Below are positions 43,138 to 50,704 of a stretch of DNA of 64,000 nucleotides, piece by piece. The notes below the pieces were generated by a model, which was not told the DNA's origin, did not search any database, and saw only the letters and a program-made list of their open reading frames with translations. Positions within the stretch are counted from its first letter, which is position 1, and the number at the start of each line of letters is the position of its first letter. A program made the translations under genes and the position numbers. This DNA is from a virus (Duplodnaviria; Heunggongvirae; Uroviricota; Caudoviricetes), in the IMG/VR virus record IMGVR_UViG_3300031740_000001; one strand, given 5' to 3'.

Positions 43138-43162
43138 TGTCTTCATATCGTATGATCCTCGC

Positions 43163-43567
43163 ATGTCGTACGAGAGCTTCAGTCTGGGCCAGCTGATTCT
43201 CATTACCGTGTTTTATTTCGGTGCCGTGCACCGGGTGACACGGCTATGGACGCGGGACGGCCTACCGCTTATTAAGGTCCCGCGTGAAGCGTTTATCCAG
43301 CGTTGGGGCGTTTACGATGACGACGAAGATAAGTCGACATCGATAAACGGAAAAAACACTAACATCGTCATGTCGAGTCTGGCCTACCTCTGGGAATGTG
43401 ATTGGTGCAGCTCGGTTTGGGTCGCCGCTGGGCTGGGATGGCTTACGTGGACGTGGCCTCACGTCATGTTCTGGCTGCTCGCGGGACTTTTCGCATCGTC
43501 CCTCACCGGTACGTGGGCGATCGCAGAAAAACTCATCACCGTAATGACGAAAAAGCACGAGGAGTAA
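43163..43567 (+). CDS. membrane protein (3-4 TM)
   Basis: MSYESFSLGQLILITVFYFGAV... and WVAAGLGWLTWTWPHVMFWLLAGLFASSL. Confidence 0.5.
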   Translation: MSYESFSLGQLILITVFYFGAVHRVTRLWTRDGLPLIKVPREAFIQRWGVYDDDEDKSTSINGKNTNIVMSSLAYLWECDWCSSVWVAAGLGWLTWTWPHVMFWLLAGLFASSLTGTWAIAEKLITVMTKKHEE

Positions 43568-43570
43568 GCC

Positions 43571-45184
43571 GTGGATCGTGCAGTAGCGCGTCGTCGCCCT
43601 AAGACTTTGCTTCAGGGCGAAATCATGCTGCCCGATCACGTGAAGGAAGACTTGCTTACCGCATCCGCGCAGATGCTGGGCGGCTCAGCGCGCGAGCAGT
43701 ATGCGGTCCAGTACAGGACCTGGCAGGACGAGCTTTGGGCTTATTCGCGCGCCGTAGGCGAGTATAGCAACGTCATGAACTGGTACGCCTCGGGAATCAG
43801 CCGGATGCACCTGGTTGCGGCGCTGGTGCGCCCTGGCCAACGTGAGCCTGAGATCATCGAAGACGAAGAGGATCCGGCCGTTCAGCTGGTCCACCGACTG
43901 GTAACGCACGCGAAGAACGGTGAAACGCAGTACCTCTACAAATGGGGTCGCCAGCTCGGGATTCCGGGCGTTGGTTTCTTTCTTGGTTATGAAGATGAGC
44001 GTAGCGGCGCAGAGATTTTCGACGTCAAAAGCGCAAAACAGATCCGCCGCTCTACTATTCCGTTCAAAGACGCCGGTGGCGTGATGCGCGACCAGTACGG
44101 CGAGGTGCTGACCGGATACGACCTGCGCACAGGCCCGCTGGAGTGGATGAAACTTCCCTTCAACCAGCTGGTAAGCCGGATTTTCCAACCAGACGACGAA
44201 TTGGATTATGAAGTTACGAGTTGGTCTCGCGGTGCGCTCACCACGCTACGTGAAATCGACTTGATGAACCGGCACATCGTGGCGACGTTGCTATCTCGTC
44301 TCGTATTTAACGGCATACTCTTCATCCCTCAAGAGGTCACGTTTCCGGTTAATCCCCAGTTCAAGGACGCGCCGGACCCATTCATCGCCGAGCTGATTGC
44401 CATCGCTTCGCGCGGCATCAAGGACCCCGGCAGTCCTGCTAGCGCTGTCCCGGTCCCCCTGCGTGTCCCCGCTGAATTCATTGACAAGTTCGTTCACTTG
44501 ATCCTCGCTAACGGTGTGGACCCCAAGCTGGTTGAAGCCCGCCAAGCAGCCATCACCAACCTATCGCAGATGCTCCCGAGCCCGCCAGAAGCGCTCAAGG
44601 GCAAGAGCGACATGAACCACTGGAACGCGTGGAAGGACTCCGAAGACAACGTCAAGATGTACTTCGGGCCGACCATGGAGATCCTGTGCGGCGGCCACAA
44701 CGACGCGTATCTGTGGCCGATGCTCAAGGCCGCTGGCGAGAAGATCGACGTTGATGGTGCACGCCGGGTGGTGTGGTACGACCCGAGTGACCTCGTTGTT
44801 CAGCCAGATAACTCCGCGAATGCCGAATTGCTGCACGCTGCCGGTGGAATCGATGATGACACTTGGCGCGAAGCGATGGGCTTTAGCATGGAAAACAAGC
44901 CTACTAAAAAGGAGAAGCGGGAGATCATTCTCACCCGCTTGGCGGTTCAGGGTCTGCCCACTCCTGATTCCTTCTACCTGCTGTATCCCGAAGACAAGCC
45001 AGATCCGATGGACACGGCTGTCGAAGGCGCAGAAGCGCAGGCAGAAGCGAACAAGATCCTCATAAACTCGATGCCGGAAGGTGCTGTCGCTGGCCCGTCC
45101 GCAACTTCCGGCATCGCTAAATCTGGTATGCCAGCTCAACCCGCGCGCGGGCCAGAGCGTAAGCCTATTGCCGCGGGGGGTTAA
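43571..45184 (+). CDS. portal protein (putative)
   Basis: 537 aa. It lies downstream of the large terminase and upstream of the MuF-like gene. The acidic composition and size fit a portal. No motif-level proof. Confidence 0.55.
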   Translation: MDRAVARRRPKTLLQGEIMLPDHVKEDLLTASAQMLGGSAREQYAVQYRTWQDELWAYSRAVGEYSNVMNWYASGISRMHLVAALVRPGQREPEIIEDEEDPAVQLVHRLVTHAKNGETQYLYKWGRQLGIPGVGFFLGYEDERSGAEIFDVKSAKQIRRSTIPFKDAGGVMRDQYGEVLTGYDLRTGPLEWMKLPFNQLVSRIFQPDDELDYEVTSWSRGALTTLREIDLMNRHIVATLLSRLVFNGILFIPQEVTFPVNPQFKDAPDPFIAELIAIASRGIKDPGSPASAVPVPLRVPAEFIDKFVHLILANGVDPKLVEARQAAITNLSQMLPSPPEALKGKSDMNHWNAWKDSEDNVKMYFGPTMEILCGGHNDAYLWPMLKAAGEKIDVDGARRVVWYDPSDLVVQPDNSANAELLHAAGGIDDDTWREAMGFSMENKPTKKEKREIILTRLAVQGLPTPDSFYLLYPEDKPDPMDTAVEGAEAQAEANKILINSMPEGAVAGPSATSGIAKSGMPAQPARGPERKPIAAGG

Positions 45185-45186
45185 CG

Positions 45187-46992
45187 ATGCGCACTGCCCG
45201 AACGCTGCGTCCGTGGAGTCTGGAAGCTTTGATTCAGCGGGAGAAGACCTTTGACGGTCTGATCGAAAAAGCCGTCAAGATGACGTTGCGTCCGCTGGCG
45301 ATGAACGTTGACGGGCTGCTGACTGCTGCTGTGGAAGCGGAGATGAGCCTGTCCTCTTCGCTAGCCGCAACGATGATTGGCCCTACGGTCAGCATGGATA
45401 GCGCTGGTGCATTGTCTGTGACCTGGGATCGATTCGTCGATGGTGAACTGCTGCCATTTCTCGCGGATACGTTTATGCATGGTGTGGTACAGGCTCATGT
45501 GGGTCTTCCAGCTGACACACCGATTGTCGCTGACTTCATTGCCCAGGATTACCTACTGACTGCGGCTAATAACCTGAAGAACATTGGTGATCTCGTCTGG
45601 ATGGCGATTCAGGCCGAACTTCAGGAAGGCGTCAATGCCGGAGAGGACATGCGGCAGCTCGCTGGAAGGGTCCGTGCGGCCTCTCAGGTGACCGCTGGGC
45701 GTGCAATGACGATTGCCCGTACCGAAGTGCACCGTGCGGCAGAAGCGGGCTCTCTGACGCAAATGAGGCTGTCCGGCTTTACCAACTTCGAATGCCAGAA
45801 GCGCTGGCTTGCGACCGAAGACGAGCGCACCAGACTTTGGCACATCCAGGCTGATGGCCAGACGGTGGGCCTGAACGAGGTCTTCGACGTAGGCGGGGAA
45901 GGGTTGCAGTTTCCTGGCGATCCGCACGGACGTGCGGATAACGTCATCAACTGCCGATGCACTATGGAGTATCTTTTCCCGGATGATGACGAGGACGACG
46001 CTCTGACCAGCTCTGGAGCGCCTAGCCAGATTACCTATGCGTTTTGGACCGAAGAGGACGAGCAGGCGCACCCGCGCGATCGTGCGGGTCGCTTCCGGCG
46101 CAAGGACGAGCACGTTGGCAAGGTGCTCAAGGACATCGAAGAGAAGGTGTCTGTTGCGTCCGAGCCTGAGATTTCGCTTCGGGACATCTTGCCGCTGGTC
46201 AACAAGGACACGATCAAACCCCCAAAGATTCCCGATGACATTGTCGATCAGCTGCATAGTGTATTCACCGGTACTTTTGGTGGATTTCGGGCAGAGGTGT
46301 CGAACGTCGAATGGGGCAAGGGCAATCATCGGATGATGGTGTCTGGCAACATTCTCAATGCTAAGGGCCAATCAGTCGGTAGTTTCGAGCGAGTTTTTAA
46401 GATCAACTATCAAGGTGTTTTCATGGTTGATCACACTGGTTTGTACATGGATCGAGACGTACAGGGCCAGGGGTTTGCTAAGGCGTTCAACAAGAATGCT
46501 TTCAAGAACTACAAGAAGATGGGCATCGAACGGGTACAGCTGCAGGCTGACATCGACGTAGGCGGCTACGCGTGGGCTCGCGAAGGGTATGACTGGGCAC
46601 CCGACGATGCTCCATCGCTTGCAGAAACTCTTTCTAGAATTGATGATGCCCGCGCGCCACAAATGACGGAACCTCCGCCAAGGACCCAAAAACAAATTGA
46701 TGATGTTTACTTCCCGATGTCACATCATCTTTATCGGATACCGGAAGAGCGTCGAGAAGAACAGGCCGCACTAGTTCGTAAGCTCTGGCTTGATGTTGGT
46801 GGCACAGTCGACATGGATACACCAGACGACGAAGTTCCTGACATCGTGGAAATGTGGCCGACCCCGTATGAGCTGAGTCAGCTCGGCCGCTGGGAAGGCG
46901 CTGGCAAAGATGACTGGTGGATCGGCAAGGCCATCATGATGGGCTCGAACTGGATCGGGGTGAGGTATCTTGACGATCTCGTTGACGCGTAG
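45187..46992 (+). CDS. MuF-like (SPP1 gp7 family) minor capsid protein with a ~340-aa C-terminal extension of unknown function
   Basis: Phage_Mu_F signatures are present: ...AMTIARTEVHRAAEAG... and the hallmark VINCRCTMEY (N-C-R-C). They end near residue 260. About 340 residues follow. Confidence 0.6.
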   Translation: MRTARTLRPWSLEALIQREKTFDGLIEKAVKMTLRPLAMNVDGLLTAAVEAEMSLSSSLAATMIGPTVSMDSAGALSVTWDRFVDGELLPFLADTFMHGVVQAHVGLPADTPIVADFIAQDYLLTAANNLKNIGDLVWMAIQAELQEGVNAGEDMRQLAGRVRAASQVTAGRAMTIARTEVHRAAEAGSLTQMRLSGFTNFECQKRWLATEDERTRLWHIQADGQTVGLNEVFDVGGEGLQFPGDPHGRADNVINCRCTMEYLFPDDDEDDALTSSGAPSQITYAFWTEEDEQAHPRDRAGRFRRKDEHVGKVLKDIEEKVSVASEPEISLRDILPLVNKDTIKPPKIPDDIVDQLHSVFTGTFGGFRAEVSNVEWGKGNHRMMVSGNILNAKGQSVGSFERVFKINYQGVFMVDHTGLYMDRDVQGQGFAKAFNKNAFKNYKKMGIERVQLQADIDVGGYAWAREGYDWAPDDAPSLAETLSRIDDARAPQMTEPPPRTQKQIDDVYFPMSHHLYRIPEERREEQAALVRKLWLDVGGTVDMDTPDDEVPDIVEMWPTPYELSQLGRWEGAGKDDWWIGKAIMMGSNWIGVRYLDDLVDA

Positions 46993-49900
46993 GCAGCGTT
47001 TGGCGGCTGTCGCCAAGGCTCACGACGCATGGGTTGAGCAGAATTTGTCTGCTGTAGCAGGTGAATTCGATCCTGCCGCGCACCCGAAGGACGGTTCGGA
47101 CTACAACCAGCACAATTTGGACGTTGACGCGACGGGTGGGATGGAAGACGAACTTGCGCAGCTGCTGGCGGGCGTATTTGACGACCCACTGACTGCCGCT
47201 GGGGATCCCGATTGGGATCCGTCCGAGCATCCGCGCGGCCCAGACGGCAAGTTCATTGAGAGCGTCGGCGCTGCTGACGCGGCAATAAAAGAGCTGGAGC
47301 AAGCTCAAGCAGTTGCTTCGCTGGCCAAGAGTGTTGCTTATCTTAAGGGTGAAAACTACAAGGCTCTTGAAATCCAAGCAGACTTGTTGAACATCCAGAA
47401 GGATATTGATACTTACGAGAAGGGGAAAAAGGCCCTCCTCAAAAAGGGGAAGACTGGCCCTAGCCCAGCTGGGGCTACTACCAAGGTCACGCCGAAAAAC
47501 CTTCAGGTGGGTCAGTACGTCAATAGTCAGAGCAGAGATTATCTCAAGGAGTCGCCCAAACAGATCAAATCGATTAGCAAAAAGGGCGATCATCACTATC
47601 TTCTTGATTTTGAAGATGGCTCCAACCTTTATGTGACGAATAACGAAAAGGTTGTTCTGCACTCGCAGCCTGCTGCGAAGGAACCTCTTACAGCGGTTAA
47701 AGCAGACGATCCGGATGTCAAAAATAAGGTCCTTATCGGTCTCCCAGATGGCCGTGGCGCGTATGTCGAGCGCGATGATCCTGCTGCGCCGAAGGTGCGC
47801 GACATCGAGACGGACGAAATTCTTTTCACCGGAAAGAATGACGCTGATCTTTATCAGCAAATGGCAGATCACTTTGGTGTTGAGCTGAAGTATACCGAAG
47901 ATCTCACCAGTAAGATGAAGATCTTTACGCCCAAGAAAAAGGGTGCAGCTAAGCCGATTACCGCTTGGACCAAGACGATCTTCAGTGGAAAATACGGAGA
48001 TGGTGAGGTAGTTGCTGTCAAGGATGATGGCAGCGCGCGGCTGACCTGGGACGAAGGCAGCAAAAAATTCCAGTGGGAAAAGAAGACTCCTGGCGGCTGG
48101 AAGCTCGCCGGGCTGCTCACCAAAAAGGACGCTTACGCGAAGTTCAAAGACGAGAAGACCAGCTGGCAGTATCCTGTGCCTGGCGCGGCAGTCACGGAGG
48201 ATGCACCACCTTCACCTTTGGAAAACTTGCAGTCGCATAGCCTTATCGATAGTGCAATAGCTAAAGGAGATTTCTCCCAGCTTAAGCAGATAGGTGGAAA
48301 CGCTGGCACGACACCAGGCGGCTTCTTTGAGGCACCAGACGGCTCACGCTGGTACGTGAAAGGACAGAAGACACAAGAACATGCTAATAATGAGGCTCTC
48401 GCTTCAGCTCTATACCGCGCAGCTGGCATCGATGTACCCGAAGTAATTCGGGGTAGTGGTACGCCAGGACTTCCAGGCACGGCGCATACGGCTACACGAA
48501 TAGTCGAAGGTGCGAATCAAAATCTGCCAGAAGCATTAAATGATCAAGATTATGTCGATAAGATACGAGAAGGATTCGCTCTTGATGCATGGCTTGCCAA
48601 CTGGGATGTCGTTGGTGAAGGCGATGAAAATCCTTGGGGCAATATTATTGAAGGATCAGACGGAAAGCCGCATCGAATTGATGTTGGCGGAGCATTACTT
48701 TTCCGTGGGCTAGGAACGTATAAAGGCTCAGCTTTCGGTAAAGAAGTTACTGAATTCGAGCGTATGCGTGATACCAGCAAGCCTTCACGCCATGTCAAAA
48801 TTTTCTCGGGCATGAGTCAAGAGCAGATTGACGCATCTGTTGCACGAGTTAAAGCGATTTCTCCTGATCAAATCCGGGAGCTTACATCAAAATATGGTAT
48901 GGATCCGGAACTCGCAGATCTTCTTATTGATCGTCGCGAAAACCTTATTATGAAGGTACCTGCTCCTGATCCCGTCAAAATTCCTGCGCCTACACCAGTT
49001 ATTTCTCCTACCTCTAGCGCAAAGAAGACTGTCTGGACCAAGGGTAAGTTCAACACGACACTTGCGTACAAGAGCAATTACCAACATCGTGAAATTGTTG
49101 GTATGACGGAATCTGCTGGAGAGACGAAACTTATCCTGTGGGAAAGCGGAAAGTTTCGTTCATACCGCCATGTCTTCGGCAGCGGATGGCAGTACGAAGG
49201 CACTTGGACGAGCAAGAAAGCTGCTCTTGAGGCGCTTAAAGATGCGCCACTTTATCGGCCCCCAGCGGGCACGATGGCGGACACGAACAAGGACTTCATT
49301 CATGCGGATCTCTTGAATCATGGCGGTCCGACCATTACGGCGACGGATAGCACTGATCTTTTTCAAGAGCTATACGACGCTGTTCCGCCCATAAGCACTG
49401 AAACTACCATAGTAGACGGTATCGGCATTATTAAGTCACTTGATGGTGACAAGGCAATTGCCTACAACAACGGCGGCGACAACCTAGGTGGCATTCACCA
49501 GAACTCAAAGGGTGAGTGGGTTGTTACCCCAAAGAATTACCTACATCCGTTTATGTCAACTAGCAAAACTTACGCATCGAAAGAAGCAGCGCTCAAGGCA
49601 CTTGTACAGGCAGATAACGCCTACATGGGCTCTATCGGAGCGCGTTCTGACGTTCCTGCCGCGCCTGCCGCGCCTGACATTGAAGAAATCCCGCTGACCA
49701 AGAAAATGCCGAAACTGACTGCTGCTCAAATCGAGAAGCAGAACGGCGCTATTCCGAAGAGCCTAAAACAGGCCCAGCGGACGGATTTCTTGAAAAACTT
49801 CAAGGAAAACAGTTCGGTCGGCTTTGTGCACTCTGGTGAAGACGATGCGCAAAAGGTCTTCACAGCAGTGGTGTACGCGGTAAAGAAGCACAACGCTACC

Positions 49901-50704
49901 GAGTCGCCAAAGCTGAACTACCTACAGGGCCTTAATCTTCTGGACAGCGTCTATGGGACAGGGCAAAAAGCTAGGGTCGTCAGCTGGCTTCAAACGAGTG
50001 AAGGTAAAGCACTCGCGCCTGTGCTCACTAGTGGGCTTGACAGCGGGCATGGGTTGGTCATTCCTGCCGACGCACACGTTGGTGTGCCTTCTCCATACTC
50101 CATCGGCAAGCCTAAAAAGGTAGCTCAAAATGCTTTCCAGAAAATGTCACTTGCAGACATGCTGGAAATGCACGAGAAGATGTACGCGAAAAAGCCCATG
50201 ACCTCCGGCCAACGGTCAAGAATTAGCCAGTACAAGGACGGTTCGAACGAATTTAACCAACCACTTCGCGGACACGCGTACTCACCTCTGGATGAGTACA
50301 GTCTTCCTAAAATTCAAGAGCTTCAGGAAGCTATGCGACCCGTGACACGTTCATTCGTCGTATTTCGGGGAACGGATGGTTTAGGTTCTGCCATTAATAA
50401 AGATACGATCAAAACTTTGGATGATTTGAAAAAATTCGAAGGATCAGTAATTGGTGATCCTGCGTTTCTTTCAACATCATTCGATCCAAATTCAGCCTTT
50501 ACAGGCAAAAAGTTCAAGTTGTTCATTAGTATTCCAGAGGGAACACCAGGAACTTTTGCATATGCAGCTGACAGCAGTTTCCACAACGAGAAAGAGTTCA
50601 CGTTAGCGGCTGGACTGCATTACCGCATCGATCGAGTAGAAGAAACACCTTATTCTGGGTTCAATGTCTACATGACAGTAGTACCGGAGGTGAAGAAGAA
50701 ATGA
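46970..50704 (+). CDS. 1244-aa virion-module protein with a C-terminal ADP-ribosyltransferase toxin-like domain (R / S-T-S / E-x-E)
   Basis: The last ~200 aa carry VVFRGTD (catalytic Arg), AFLSTSFD (STS motif) and FHNEKEFTLAAG (ExE in the ARTT loop), with spacing typical of C3/iota/Alt-type ARTs. A central domain has a kinase-like DAWLANWDVVG...IDVGGAL segment. The start overlaps the MuF gene by 23 nt. Confidence 0.6.
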   Translation: MTISLTRRQRLAAVAKAHDAWVEQNLSAVAGEFDPAAHPKDGSDYNQHNLDVDATGGMEDELAQLLAGVFDDPLTAAGDPDWDPSEHPRGPDGKFIESVGAADAAIKELEQAQAVASLAKSVAYLKGENYKALEIQADLLNIQKDIDTYEKGKKALLKKGKTGPSPAGATTKVTPKNLQVGQYVNSQSRDYLKESPKQIKSISKKGDHHYLLDFEDGSNLYVTNNEKVVLHSQPAAKEPLTAVKADDPDVKNKVLIGLPDGRGAYVERDDPAAPKVRDIETDEILFTGKNDADLYQQMADHFGVELKYTEDLTSKMKIFTPKKKGAAKPITAWTKTIFSGKYGDGEVVAVKDDGSARLTWDEGSKKFQWEKKTPGGWKLAGLLTKKDAYAKFKDEKTSWQYPVPGAAVTEDAPPSPLENLQSHSLIDSAIAKGDFSQLKQIGGNAGTTPGGFFEAPDGSRWYVKGQKTQEHANNEALASALYRAAGIDVPEVIRGSGTPGLPGTAHTATRIVEGANQNLPEALNDQDYVDKIREGFALDAWLANWDVVGEGDENPWGNIIEGSDGKPHRIDVGGALLFRGLGTYKGSAFGKEVTEFERMRDTSKPSRHVKIFSGMSQEQIDASVARVKAISPDQIRELTSKYGMDPELADLLIDRRENLIMKVPAPDPVKIPAPTPVISPTSSAKKTVWTKGKFNTTLAYKSNYQHREIVGMTESAGETKLILWESGKFRSYRHVFGSGWQYEGTWTSKKAALEALKDAPLYRPPAGTMADTNKDFIHADLLNHGGPTITATDSTDLFQELYDAVPPISTETTIVDGIGIIKSLDGDKAIAYNNGGDNLGGIHQNSKGEWVVTPKNYLHPFMSTSKTYASKEAALKALVQADNAYMGSIGARSDVPAAPAAPDIEEIPLTKKMPKLTAAQIEKQNGAIPKSLKQAQRTDFLKNFKENSSVGFVHSGEDDAQKVFTAVVYAVKKHNATESPKLNYLQGLNLLDSVYGTGQKARVVSWLQTSEGKALAPVLTSGLDSGHGLVIPADAHVGVPSPYSIGKPKKVAQNAFQKMSLADMLEMHEKMYAKKPMTSGQRSRISQYKDGSNEFNQPLRGHAYSPLDEYSLPKIQELQEAMRPVTRSFVVFRGTDGLGSAINKDTIKTLDDLKKFEGSVIGDPAFLSTSFDPNSAFTGKKFKLFISIPEGTPGTFAYAADSSFHNEKEFTLAAGLHYRIDRVEETPYSGFNVYMTVVPEVKKK

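Noticed and set aside
29045-43165. Repeated ~45-bp elements that might at first look like a CRISPR array
   Set aside because: The spacing is irregular (300 bp to 8 kb). Each copy sits immediately upstream of an ATG with an SD. The copies are imperfect. They are promoter/leader cassettes, not CRISPR repeats.
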